DNA from: an uncultured Acidimicrobiaceae bacterium
Lineage (GTDB): Bacteria; Actinomycetota; Acidimicrobiia; Spongiisociales; UBA5794
Reading direction: 5' to 3'
Assembly: GCA_947259365.1 (NCBI GenBank)
Contig: CAMYMC010000026.1
Location: forward strand, 75,162 to 139,161
DNA length: 64,000 bases
In this document: positions 46,412 through 55,477 of the stretch, piece after piece
Numbering within the stretch: position 1 is the stretch's first letter
Layout: every line of letters starts with the position of its first letter
The notes under the pieces: model-generated
Told to the model about the DNA's origin: nothing
Databases searched by the model: none
Seen by the model: only the letters and a program-made list of their open reading frames with translations
Translations under genes and position numbers: made by a program

Positions 46412-47179
46412 TCAGCCGACGAATCTGCCGACGAACAGCAAGGTGCGGAGGCGGGTCCTCTCGGACTCGGTCTCCGTCCAGAACTCACCGTGGATCGGGA
46501 TGACGATCGTGTCCGGGCTCGACGCCATCTCGCCCACCCAGTGCCACGACGCCCCGGGAACGCCGAGGATGACGTCCGGGATGGTCTCCCACGTCCGCCC
46601 GTCGGGCGAGGTGAGAAGTGACAGAGGGCTGGCGACCTGAGGCTCCGGGCCCCAGGTGTCCTCGCGCGACACGGCGACCGCTCCCCGGGGGCCAACGGCG
46701 ATCTCGAGGGCGGCGACGTCTCCCCGGGCTCTGTCCCAGGCGGCACCGTCCGCCGACGACCACAGGCCTCGTCTCGTCGTGCAGGCCTCGAGGATCCCGG
46801 TGACGGAGCACTCCTCGCCCTCGTAGGCGACGACGACATACCGGCCGCCGACATGGAACAGGTTCTCGATCCATTGGGCCTCGATGCCAGGCTCGTCGGT
46901 GACGAGGTTCCACGTCCGCCCGTCTGGCGAGGACCACACGGCGGATCGCTCCGGATCCGAGCTGGTGAAGAGGAGGAACCCCGCGTCGTTGCCGACGAGA
47001 ACCGGGGCGCCGGTGAACGCGAACGCTCCGGCTGAGAGCTCGGGGCCGACGAACGGCGGGCGAGCCGGCGCGAGCTCGCTCCCGGGGCCGGGCGTCGCGG
47101 AACCCGACGGCGGCAGGATCCGGACGGATTCCCCTGCGGTGTCGTCCCGTGCTCGCGTTCGCCACGCCATCGGCTCCAT
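46412..47179 (-). CDS. BNR/Asp-box repeat protein (sialidase-like beta-propeller repeats), likely secreted
   Basis: Three Asp-box-like motifs (SSPDGRTW, SSADGAAW, TSPDGRTW) in this frame. Start uncertain: 47179 (MEPMAW...) is preferred over 47329. Confidence 0.5.
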   Translation of the reverse strand: MEPMAWRTRARDDTAGESVRILPPSGSATPGPGSELAPARPPFVGPELSAGAFAFTGAPVLVGNDAGFLLFTSSDPERSAVWSSPDGRTWNLVTDEPGIEAQWIENLFHVGGRYVVVAYEGEECSVTGILEACTTRRGLWSSADGAAWDRARGDVAALEIAVGPRGAVAVSREDTWGPEPQVASPLSLLTSPDGRTWETIPDVILGVPGASWHWVGEMASSPDTIVIPIHGEFWTETESERTRLRTLLFVGRFVG

Positions 47180-47301
47180 TCTGGGACAACCGGTCTGCAA
47201 CGACCAAGGGCCTCGGTCACCACATCGCTGCCACGCTTCAGCCGGCGGCGTCACCTGCCGATGACACACGAAGAGGCCCCGGTAGGGAAGAGAGGGTCGC
47301 C

Positions 47302-47439
47302 GTGCGAATGTTTGCCTTCTGCGGAGCATGCGGCAGAGCCGTCACCCTCGAGCGCGGCCTCTGCCCCCCGTGCCGCAGGCGGCGTATCGACGCGATCCCG
47401 CCCCGCCGGGAGAAGGTCCCCAAGAAGCCGAAGCGCTGA
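47302..47439 (+). CDS. candidate small zinc-ribbon protein (45 aa; CGAC...CPPC, Lys-rich tail)
   Basis: GTG or ATG start (47302 / 47308) preceded by AGAGGG. High GC3 codon usage. Two CxxC pairs 13 residues apart and a C-terminal KVPKKPKR. Confidence 0.35.
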   Translation: MRMFAFCGACGRAVTLERGLCPPCRRRRIDAIPPRREKVPKKPKR

Positions 47440-47660
47440 GCCCGCCGCGCCGTCGCGACGTTCTCACTCCCCCTTCACACACCCCTAACACCGCGCCCCG
47501 ACGATGTCGTCATGGTGACGCGGTGCAACACGAGATCCGGCCGCACGACGCGACGACGACTCCCCTGCGCTCGATCGGCGGCCCCGGTCGATGCCCGTGC
47601 CGGTGGTGCCGGTGGGACGCGGACGGCACGTCGTGCGGCCGCCCAACCCGAGGGCGCCGC

Positions 47661-48911
47661 GTGAGCTTCACGACCCGCGAGCGGATGTCCCATGTCGCCC
47701 GCCGGCTCGGGTTCGGCATCGAGCCCCGCATCGTCGACGCCGCCGCCACCGTCGACGATGCCATCGCCGCCGCACTCGACCTCTCGGCGCCTGCGCCACC
47801 GCCGCCTCACCTCGATCCGCCCCGCGACGGCGAGGAGGCAAGGGGCCCGGACCAGGCCGAGACGCCGTACCGCTACTGGCTGGGAAACCTCGTGGCGGGG
47901 CCCCGCCGCATCGAGGAGCGGCTCACCTGGTTCTTCACAGACCACTTCGCCACCGACATCCGCAAGGTGCGGATCCCTTACCTCCTCTACCGCCAGCACC
48001 TCACCATCCGCAGCCACGCCACCGGCAGCTTTGCCGACCTTCTCCACGCCATCGCCGTCGACGCGGCGATGCTCCTCTACCTCGACGGCATCCGCAACGC
48101 CGCCGGCAGGGTCAACGAGAACTTCGGCCGCGAGGTCCTCGAGCTCTACACCCTGGGGCGGGGGAACTACTCCGAGGCCGACGTCGTCGAGGCCTCGCGC
48201 GCGTTCTCTGGCTGGGTCGTCGTCAACCCGGAAGGGCGGGCGGCTCGGCTCCTCGACGTGACGCCGTGGAGCGCCGTGTTCGTGCCGTCGCGCCACGACC
48301 GGGGCCCGAAGACGCTGCTCGGGGTCTCCGGCAACCTCGACGCCGCAGCCGCCGTCGACGTGCTCCTCGATCACCCGGCGACGGCTGAGACCATCGCCGC
48401 CAAGCTCTGGATCGAGCTCGTCGGCACCGAGCCTCGGCCCGCGACGGTGCGATCGCTCGGTGCCGTCTTCCGCCGCGACTACCGGGTCATGGACCTCGTC
48501 TCTGCGATCGCCGCCGACCCTGCGTTCACCGCAGACGACGCGATCAGGGCGAGGGTCCGCACCCCGCTGGAGAAGGCGATCGGGCTCGTCCAGGTCCTCG
48601 GCCCGACCGAGAACACCGGACGGGGCCTGTTCGCCTTCCTCGGCACCGTCGGCTATGTGCCGTTCCGGCCCCCGAACCCCGCCGGTTACCCGAAGGGGAC
48701 CCGGCTCCTCGGCCCCCACCAACTCATCCATTCGTTCGATCTCGCCGCCGCCCTGCCCGCCGACGTGAGGGACCTCGACGCCGCCGACCTCATGGCTCGC
48801 CTCGGGATCTTCGACGTCACCGAGACGACGCGAGCCGTCCTCGACGCCGCCCCGACCGGGGCGGTCCGAGCCGCGCTCGCCATCAACGCACCGGAGTACC
48901 ACGTCACATGA
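47661..48911 (+). CDS. DUF1800 family protein
   Basis: 416 aa from the GTG at 47661, with GAGGG 6 nt upstream. The upstream 111 aa of the track ORF is Arg/Pro junk. Partner of the DUF1501 gene. Confidence 0.65.
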   Translation: MSFTTRERMSHVARRLGFGIEPRIVDAAATVDDAIAAALDLSAPAPPPPHLDPPRDGEEARGPDQAETPYRYWLGNLVAGPRRIEERLTWFFTDHFATDIRKVRIPYLLYRQHLTIRSHATGSFADLLHAIAVDAAMLLYLDGIRNAAGRVNENFGREVLELYTLGRGNYSEADVVEASRAFSGWVVVNPEGRAARLLDVTPWSAVFVPSRHDRGPKTLLGVSGNLDAAAAVDVLLDHPATAETIAAKLWIELVGTEPRPATVRSLGAVFRRDYRVMDLVSAIAADPAFTADDAIRARVRTPLEKAIGLVQVLGPTENTGRGLFAFLGTVGYVPFRPPNPAGYPKGTRLLGPHQLIHSFDLAAALPADVRDLDAADLMARLGIFDVTETTRAVLDAAPTGAVRAALAINAPEYHVT

Positions 48912-50239
48912 CCATCGCCTGCGCCTCCTACACCCGCCGGGCCTTTCTCGGCCGCATCGGAGCCGCCGTCGCCGTCGCCGCGGCCGGCGGCTACGGCATC
49001 AGCGTCTGGGGCCGCGAGCCGGGCCACGCCGTCGCCGCCCCGTTCCCCGGCGAATTCGGCGCCCGACGAGACCGAACCCTCGTGGTCCTCGAGATGGGTG
49101 GCGGCAACGACGGGCTCAACATGGTCGTTCCGCACAGCTCGGGGCGCTACCACGACCTGCGCAGAGACCTTGCGGTCACAGACCCGATCGACCTCGACGG
49201 CGACATCGGGCTGCACCCGGCCCTGGGGTACGTGGCGTCGATGTACCGCGCCGGAGACGTCGCCGTCGTCGAAGGGGTGGGATACCCCGACCCGGACCTC
49301 TCCCATTTCGCCTCGATGGCCGCGTGGTGGTCGGCCGCAGCCGGAGGCGACCCGTCCGCCTCCGGCTGGCTGGGCCGCTACCTCGACGGGACGGTGGGGA
49401 CGGACGACCCGCTCGCCGGCGTCAGCATCGGACCCGGCCCGTCGCCGGCGATGCTCGGCGAGCGGTCGTTCGTGGTCGCAGTCCAGGACATGTCGGGGCT
49501 GGCGCCCGATGTCCCGGCATGGATCGACGACACCGACGAGCTGCTCGCCATGTGGAGGGGCTTCGCTCCGGCGGCGTTCGACGGCACCTCGCTCCTCGAC
49601 GAGGTGCGACGGGCGATCGCCGGCACCGTCGATGCCGCCGCCACGCTCAACTCAACCCTCGCTGCGGCTTCTGCGGAGGCGGCAACGCCGGCGGAGACGG
49701 ACCGCGACGCCGCGGACCGGCGCCGCCCGGACGCCCTCGGCACGGCGATGGAGGTGGCGGCGGCGCTCGTCACCTCGCCGGCGAGGCCGCGGGCGATCGT
49801 CGTCCACGGCTGGGGAGACTTCGACACCCACGAGAGCCAGCAGCGCCGCCACGGCGAGATGATGGAGACCCTCGACGCCGCCATCGAGACGTTCTTCTCC
49901 TCGGTCCGTCGCGGCGGCGCCGCCGGCGATGTCGTCGTGATGACGACATCGGAGTTCGGGAGAAGGGTCGCGTTCAACGGCTCCGGAACCGACCACGGCA
50001 CCGCCGCCGCCCACCTCGTCCTCGGCGACCCCGTCACCGGCGGCCGCTACGGGGAGCCGCCCGACCTCGACTCACTCGACAACCGCGGCAACCTCGTCCA
50101 CACCGTCGACTACCGCTCTCTGTACGCCAGCGTCCTCGATGGATGGCTGGACGCCCCTGCCGGGGAGATCCTCGGTGCCGACTACGAACGGCTCCCCATC
50201 TTCGCCCCGTCGCTGCGCCCGACCGGTCTTCGCGCCTGA
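48908..50239 (+). CDS. DUF1501 family protein (sulfatase-like fold) with a twin-arginine signal
   Basis: ATG overlaps the DUF1800 stop (ATGA). N-terminal TRRAFLGRIGAAVAVAAAGG Tat motif. Confidence 0.7.
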   Translation: MTIACASYTRRAFLGRIGAAVAVAAAGGYGISVWGREPGHAVAAPFPGEFGARRDRTLVVLEMGGGNDGLNMVVPHSSGRYHDLRRDLAVTDPIDLDGDIGLHPALGYVASMYRAGDVAVVEGVGYPDPDLSHFASMAAWWSAAAGGDPSASGWLGRYLDGTVGTDDPLAGVSIGPGPSPAMLGERSFVVAVQDMSGLAPDVPAWIDDTDELLAMWRGFAPAAFDGTSLLDEVRRAIAGTVDAAATLNSTLAAASAEAATPAETDRDAADRRRPDALGTAMEVAAALVTSPARPRAIVVHGWGDFDTHESQQRRHGEMMETLDAAIETFFSSVRRGGAAGDVVVMTTSEFGRRVAFNGSGTDHGTAAAHLVLGDPVTGGRYGEPPDLDSLDNRGNLVHTVDYRSLYASVLDGWLDAPAGEILGADYERLPIFAPSLRPTGLRA

Positions 50240-50275
50240 CCCGGGGACGCACTGCGGCGGCGGGACGCCGAGGGG

Positions 50276-51178
50276 TCAGCCGGCGCCGTAGACCTCGATC
50301 TCGACGGCACCGGTGTTGCCGCCGGTCGAGGTCTCGACGTCGAAGCGGATCGTGCGACCGGTGAACGCGACGTCGGCGACGGCGAGCCCGGGCCCCGCCT
50401 CGAACGGCCCGAACGTCTCGGCGCCGTCGACGGTGACCGTGAACGACGTCGTGATCGACGTCCCGTCGCTCATCTCCCGGGTCCGGAACCCGACCCCGGT
50501 CACGTCGGTCTCGGCGCCGAGGTCGATCGTGACGTATGCGTCGTCGCCGTCGCCTCGCGACGACCACTCCGAGGCGAGGCTCCCGTCGACGGCGTTGGCT
50601 GCCGCGAACGACGCCGAGAACTCTGAGCTGACGTCGACGATCGCGGCGCCGATGGCGAGATTGGCTCTCGCGGGCGCCGCCGCGCCCCCGGCAGCCGGAG
50701 TCCGGAACGTCATCTGCTCGCTGACGTAGATCGCCCCATCCGGCCCGACCCCCTGGAGTCGGTAGAAGTACGTCGTGTCGGGCTCCAGCCCGAGCATCGT
50801 CGGGTGGTGGTCGATGTGGCCGCCCCCGGCCATGTCGGTGTCGGTCGCGAGGAAGCCGTAGTCGCCTGTTGGGCCGTATGCGACGGCGCACACGACGTCG
50901 ATCGACGTCGTCACCTCGAGCAGTCCGCTCGACGGGTCGGCGTCGTCGAAAGTGATGACGACGTCGCTCGCCTGGATATCGGCGAAGTCGCGCACGTCCC
51001 CCGACGCCGCCGCCGCACCCATCCCGTCGCCCGTGCCCGAGTCGGCGTCATCGTCGCCGCCGAGCAGCGCGATCCCGGCGATGACGGGCACCAGGACGAC
51101 GATGGCCGCCGCAGCGAGCAACAGCACGAGCTTCGGCCTGGAGCCCCCCGGGGAGGCGCCTGAGGGCTCAGCCGTCAC
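50276..51178 (-). CDS. membrane-anchored extracellular protein with FN3/PAP-N-like and discoidin (F5/8 type C)-like domains
   Basis: About 300 aa from the GTG at 51178, which lies 5 nt after the TetR stop. N-terminal TM anchor KLVLLLAAAAIVVLVPVIAG. TYFYRLQG (FN3/PAP-N-like) and a discoidin-like region. Confidence 0.5.
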   Translation of the reverse strand: MTAEPSGASPGGSRPKLVLLLAAAAIVVLVPVIAGIALLGGDDDADSGTGDGMGAAAASGDVRDFADIQASDVVITFDDADPSSGLLEVTTSIDVVCAVAYGPTGDYGFLATDTDMAGGGHIDHHPTMLGLEPDTTYFYRLQGVGPDGAIYVSEQMTFRTPAAGGAAAPARANLAIGAAIVDVSSEFSASFAAANAVDGSLASEWSSRGDGDDAYVTIDLGAETDVTGVGFRTREMSDGTSITTSFTVTVDGAETFGPFEAGPGLAVADVAFTGRTIRFDVETSTGGNTGAVEIEVYGAG

Positions 51179-51183
51179 GTCGC

Positions 51184-51801
51184 TCAGGCTTCCCGCCAGA
51201 GGTGGGCGACGACCTCTTCGAGCACCCTGGGGATGATCGACGTGTCGTTGGCCGTCTTCGAGATGAGCAAGAGCCCCTGGAGACAGCTCAGCAGACCCCA
51301 CGCGGTGGCATCGACGTCGATGCCGTCCCGCAGCGCCCCGGAGGCCTGGGCATCCGAGAGCGCGTCGCGGAGATACGCCGTCCAGTCCTCGAAGACGCGG
51401 AGCAGCCGGGCTCGCAGCGGCTCCTCGAGGGTGCTCGCCTCGGCGGCGAGGCTGCCGAAGGGGCATCCGCGGACGTGGCCGGTCTGGCGCTTGATCTCGG
51501 TGTGGCTGGCGAAGGCAAACTCGAAGAGGGCGGCGATCCGCTCGTTCGGTGGCGCCCCGCCGCCGAAGATAGGGTCGAGCACGTCGCGGGTGAACGACTC
51601 CCAGTTCTCCTCGAGCACGGCGAGGATGAGGGCCTGTTTCGACGGGAAGAAGTGGTAGAAGCTGCCTTTCTTGACGCCGGCCCGGTCGCAGATCGCCTGG
51701 ACGCCGACCGCCCGGTAGCTGTACGCATGGACAAGGTCGGCGGCAGCCGTCAGCAGCCGGTCGCGGGGACCGCGGTCGGTGTCCGTCTGCTCGATGACCA
51801 T
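51184..51801 (-). CDS. TetR-family transcriptional regulator
   Basis: 205 aa. N-terminal HTH (AVGVQAICDRAGVKKGSFYHFF). Confidence 0.85.
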   Translation of the reverse strand: MVIEQTDTDRGPRDRLLTAAADLVHAYSYRAVGVQAICDRAGVKKGSFYHFFPSKQALILAVLEENWESFTRDVLDPIFGGGAPPNERIAALFEFAFASHTEIKRQTGHVRGCPFGSLAAEASTLEEPLRARLLRVFEDWTAYLRDALSDAQASGALRDGIDVDATAWGLLSCLQGLLLISKTANDTSIIPRVLEEVVAHLWREA

Positions 51802-51811
51802 GCCGATCCTC

Positions 51812-53188
51812 CTATGCCCAGAGTCGGAACAAGTAGCCGGTCAGAATGTGGAACTTGTACGTGATCATAAGGGCTCCGAGCCCGATCATCACCGCGGCGC
51901 TCACCGCACCGATGTACGGCCTCGCTTTCTCGAGCCAGGTCATGAGCGGCGCCGCCTCGGCGACGAGCCACGCCGCGACGAGAAACACGAGTCCGACGGC
52001 CGCGCTGAACACCGCCATGACGAGGCCCCCGGTCAGTGGAGAACCCGTCGCCCCGGCGTACAGCAGCAGCGCGGAGAGCACCGTCGCGCTGAAACACGAC
52101 AGGCACCCGAACGCGAACGTCGACCCCATCAGCGCCGAGCCGGCCCAACCGGTCGACGCCGGCCGGCTGAACCCCGGGAGCTTGCAGGCGATCGGCACCC
52201 GGGCCTGACTCGCCACCCGGATCCCGAGGAGGACGACGGCAATGCCGGCGACTACCGATGCCGGCCGGGACCAGCGGCCGACCCCGTCCAGCCTCGAGAC
52301 CGAATCGCCGACAAAGCCCGCAGCGACGCCTCCCGCCGTGTAGATCACTGTGAAGCCGGCGACGAAGAAGAGCCCGGTCGTGAGCAAGCGGCGCGATGCC
52401 GCCACCCGGTTGCCCCCGGCCGCCGAGCCGCTGAGGACCGCGGTGTAGTAGGTGGCGAGCAGGAGGAGACACGGCGAAAGCGCCGTCAGCATGCCGCCGA
52501 AGATGGCGAGAAGGGCACCGATGCTCAGCGCGGCGCCCGCCAGGGGCGGGCCGGTCGTCGTGTCGGTGTTCAGAATCCCGATCCCGTTCGCCATCGGGAG
52601 TTCCCATCCGAACTCACTCGAAGCGCCGTCGCCGACCGGAACGACGAGATCGAAGCGGTCCGCCGCTGCCGCAGCGTCGGGGTCGGCGATCGGGAAGAGG
52701 AGCTGTGACGCCCGGTGATGGGGCGCCCGGCTCACCTCGAAGACGGCCGTCGGCTCGATGGAGCTTCCCCCCGCCCGCAGCGTCACGTCGGGCGGAGCTG
52801 CCGGGACGTCTCCCTCGTGGACGGTCTCGAACATGAAGAACGCCATGACCGGCTCACCCCCGGCCTCCGGCTCGGGGCGGGCGGCCCACTCGAAGTACCA
52901 CGAAGGGGCGTAGAGGAGCTCGAGCTCGACATCCGCCGGGCCGGCGCCGCGACGGACGAGGATGTCGACGACCTCCGCCTGGGTGAGCGTCGCCGCACCC
53001 GGCTCGGGCTCACCACCGCCGCGCGCCAGAAGCAGCCCCAGCGCAAGGGCCCCGACGACGACGAGCGCAACGACGAAGACCGTGAAGCGCCGCCGGGCCC
53101 GCGGTGCGGGCTCGGGAGCCGCGATCGCGGCGTCGGCGAGGGCGAGATCCTGGATCTCGGGGGCCGGTCGTTCGAGCTGGGTCGTCAT
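51812..53188 (-). CDS. cytochrome c biogenesis / thiol-disulfide transfer membrane protein, CcdA/DsbD family, with an N-terminal extracytoplasmic domain
   Basis: 458 aa. DsbD-TM-core Cys pair (LSPCLLLL ... FGCLSCF), about 6 TM helices in the C-terminal half. Confidence 0.65.
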   Translation of the reverse strand: MTTQLERPAPEIQDLALADAAIAAPEPAPRARRRFTVFVVALVVVGALALGLLLARGGGEPEPGAATLTQAEVVDILVRRGAGPADVELELLYAPSWYFEWAARPEPEAGGEPVMAFFMFETVHEGDVPAAPPDVTLRAGGSSIEPTAVFEVSRAPHHRASQLLFPIADPDAAAAADRFDLVVPVGDGASSEFGWELPMANGIGILNTDTTTGPPLAGAALSIGALLAIFGGMLTALSPCLLLLATYYTAVLSGSAAGGNRVAASRRLLTTGLFFVAGFTVIYTAGGVAAGFVGDSVSRLDGVGRWSRPASVVAGIAVVLLGIRVASQARVPIACKLPGFSRPASTGWAGSALMGSTFAFGCLSCFSATVLSALLLYAGATGSPLTGGLVMAVFSAAVGLVFLVAAWLVAEAAPLMTWLEKARPYIGAVSAAVMIGLGALMITYKFHILTGYLFRLWA

Positions 53189-53201
53189 GGCGGGTCCTCA
53201 C

Positions 53202-54176
53202 TCACTGCGGGATGACCAGGGACAGATGACTGATGTTGTGGATGTACAGGAGCACGGTGATGTCGACGGCGAGGAACACCGAGGTCGCGAGACCGGCGGC
53301 GGCGGGCGCCCGCACCGCGGACGTCGCCACCACGCCGTCCGCACCGACGCCGCGCAGCGCTCGGCGCAGTCGCACCGTGACGGCGACCATCACCGGCCAG
53401 GCCAGCGCCATCGCCACGAACGCCGCGAAGTACTGGCCGCCGAAGGGAATCGACAGCAGCGTGTCGAGGTCGAAGATGCCGGGATCCCGGATCGGCGTCC
53501 CGTAGATGGAGGCGTGGACGCCGGAGGCGAGGATCACAGCGAGGCTCGTCGCAGCGACCGTCGTGAAGTACGGGCGCACCCTCGCCAGCAGCCGACCGCC
53601 GGCGTCCGGGCGCTGGAGCCAACCTCCCACCGCAACTACCGCGACGAGCGCGACCCACGCCGCGCCGGCGAGGGCGTGGGCAACCCGGACGACGATGTTC
53701 GCCACGTCCCCGCCGTCGAAGCGGAACAGGACCGCCAGGGTCTCTGAGGAGGGGCTGCGGGGCTCGTCGCTGGCAGAGGCGCCGACACCCGGCACGACCG
53801 CGTCGACGAAGGTGGCCTCACCCTCGCCGGGGGCGCGCACCCGCACGGTGACCTCGTACGTCCCGAAGCGCTCGTACGTGACCTCGGCGGCGTAGCGGCC
53901 CGGCTGCTCCAGCGGTGCGAGGACGAACGGCCCGGCCGAGGTTCCGTCTTCGGCGCGGACGGCCGTCATGTCGATCTCTCCGTCCTCGACGGGATCTCCG
54001 TCACCCTCGAAGGTCACGACTGCGTGGTAGAGACGGGTCAGGGGCTGGCCGGCGTCGAAGGTGAGTGAGCTGATCTCGACCCTGACCTCCTTGCCGTGGG
54101 CCGCGGCGGGGTCGGCGCCGAGCACGACGGTGGCGGCGAGCGGGAGCGTGAGGGCGACCGGGGAGAGGATCCACAT
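53202..54176 (-). CDS. CopC-like periplasmic copper-binding domain fused to a CopD-like membrane domain
   Basis: 325 aa from the ATG at 54176 (GGAAGG RBS). Signal peptide ending AAA|HGKEV, giving the mature N-terminal His typical of CopC. C-terminal multi-TM domain. Confidence 0.55.
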   Translation of the reverse strand: MWILSPVALTLPLAATVVLGADPAAAHGKEVRVEISSLTFDAGQPLTRLYHAVVTFEGDGDPVEDGEIDMTAVRAEDGTSAGPFVLAPLEQPGRYAAEVTYERFGTYEVTVRVRAPGEGEATFVDAVVPGVGASASDEPRSPSSETLAVLFRFDGGDVANIVVRVAHALAGAAWVALVAVVAVGGWLQRPDAGGRLLARVRPYFTTVAATSLAVILASGVHASIYGTPIRDPGIFDLDTLLSIPFGGQYFAAFVAMALAWPVMVAVTVRLRRALRGVGADGVVATSAVRAPAAAGLATSVFLAVDITVLLYIHNISHLSLVIPQ

Positions 54177-54228
54177 CCTGGTGGCCTTCCGGTGCCCGGC
54201 GGTGCGCCTCATCGCGATCGTCTCCCGG

Positions 54229-54882
54229 TCATGCCGGCCACACGTAGATCGCGATCGTCACGTTCTCCGAGGTGCCCGTCGAGGGCGCAGTGACCGTGGT
54301 GTCGAGCTCCCAGGGCCCGAACATGAACATCTCGAGCGGGGCGAGATAGTGGCCGCCGCCGATGTTCTCGGGGGCAGCGAAGAATGGTCCGTGGGTCATG
54401 AAGAGCATGTCCCACACGATGGAGATGTCTGCGTCGTCGACCGGTTCGCCGTCGATCGTCGTCACGTAGAAGTCGACGTCGGTGGCGAACTCGGTCGGCG
54501 GGTATGGAGAGACGAAGACCTCGAGAACGAGAGCGTCACCGAGCGGTATCGCAGCGCCGTTGCCGATCTCGACCGGGCCGTCGGCACCTAGGTACTTGAG
54601 CCGTGACGGCTCCGCGCCAGCTGGCGGTGCCGGGCGGACGAGGTCCGACACCGACACGATGACCTGGTCGGCAACGAGAGGCGTTGCCGCGTCGTCGGCC
54701 ACGGCTGCGGTGGCCGCCGACCGGATCGCCGGCACCGAGTCGCTGCGGAGCATGGCGACGCCGATCGCGGAGGGAACGACGACGAGCGCGAGCGCGGCCG
54801 CCACGGGCTTCCACACCCGGCGCCGCGGCGCCGCCTCCCCTGCCGGGACGTCACCGTCGACGGTGTCGTCGAATCGGGTCAT
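54229..54882 (-). CDS. membrane-anchored hypothetical protein with a Met/His-rich C-terminal domain (possible PCuAC-like copper chaperone)
   Basis: About 217 aa (alternative start 54897). One N-terminal TM helix. C-terminal MLFMTHGP...GGGHYLAPLEMFMFGPW with a His/Met pattern. Confidence 0.4.
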   Translation of the reverse strand: MTRFDDTVDGDVPAGEAAPRRRVWKPVAAALALVVVPSAIGVAMLRSDSVPAIRSAATAAVADDAATPLVADQVIVSVSDLVRPAPPAGAEPSRLKYLGADGPVEIGNGAAIPLGDALVLEVFVSPYPPTEFATDVDFYVTTIDGEPVDDADISIVWDMLFMTHGPFFAAPENIGGGHYLAPLEMFMFGPWELDTTVTAPSTGTSENVTIAIYVWPA

Positions 54883-54901
54883 CGGCCCCCTCTCCATCGG
54901 T

Positions 54902-55408
54902 CTATCCGTCCATCCCGGCGTCGAATTCCGCCTGGAGGACGGCGAGGTAGGCGGCAACGGCCTCGATCTCGGCGTCGGAGAGGACGATGAAGGTCATCGC
55001 CTCGTTCGTTTCGAGCTGGATCTTGATGGTTGCGGCGTCCTTGCCGATGACGGCCGGCCCGACGTCGCCGAGACCGTCCGTGCCGTGGCAGGCCTGGCAC
55101 CCGATCCCGCCGGCGGTTCGCTGGTACAGCTCTTCGCCGAGCGCGACGACGTCGGCGGCGCCTGTGCTGGTGGGAGCCGGGTCTGGCCCTGCCGTGGTGG
55201 TCGTCGTCGCTGCCGCCGTCGTCGGTGCAGCGGTCGAGGCCGCCACCGTGGTCGGCGCCGCGGCGAGCGTTGTCGCTGATGTCGCAGGCTCTTCCTCGGC
55301 GGCGGAGCCGCCACATGATGCGGCGGCGACGCCGATGACCACAGCGAGCACGATCAGCCGCAGTCGTCCGGAGAGCGCCGGTCGGTCCGTTCGTCGGGTT
55401 CGGATCAT
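54902..55408 (-). CDS. class-I c-type cytochrome, lipoprotein
   Basis: 168 aa. Lipobox VAAAS|C, Thr/Ala-rich linker, single CQACH haem-binding motif, distal Met. GGAAGGA RBS. Confidence 0.8.
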   Translation of the reverse strand: MIRTRRTDRPALSGRLRLIVLAVVIGVAAASCGGSAAEEEPATSATTLAAAPTTVAASTAAPTTAAATTTTTAGPDPAPTSTGAADVVALGEELYQRTAGGIGCQACHGTDGLGDVGPAVIGKDAATIKIQLETNEAMTFIVLSDAEIEAVAAYLAVLQAEFDAGMDG

Positions 55409-55424
55409 GTCGGTCCTTCCGGGG

Positions 55425-55460
55425 GGTCCCGGTCCGGAGGGGGGTGACCGGACCGGGACC
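55425..55460 (-). other. perfect 13-bp GC stem-loop (GGTCCCGGTCCGG - loop 10 - CCGGACCGGGACC) between the beta-propeller gene and the cytochrome c gene
   Basis: Read directly. Sits 18 nt after the upstream stop and 17 nt before the cytochrome c ATG. Confidence 0.6.
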
Positions 55461-55477
55461 TTCCCCTGTTTCTCTGC

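Noticed and set aside
46147-46621. Plus-strand ORFs with a hydrophobic stretch (SWRRVTGWINANALALYVVHLTPWLVMIATAVTVLGW) downstream of aceA
   Set aside because: It resembles a membrane-protein fragment. In that frame, however, a TGA lies immediately upstream and the only start is the internal ATG at 46283. The downstream part is junk running antisense into the BNR gene. Possibly a decayed remnant, and not callable as a gene.
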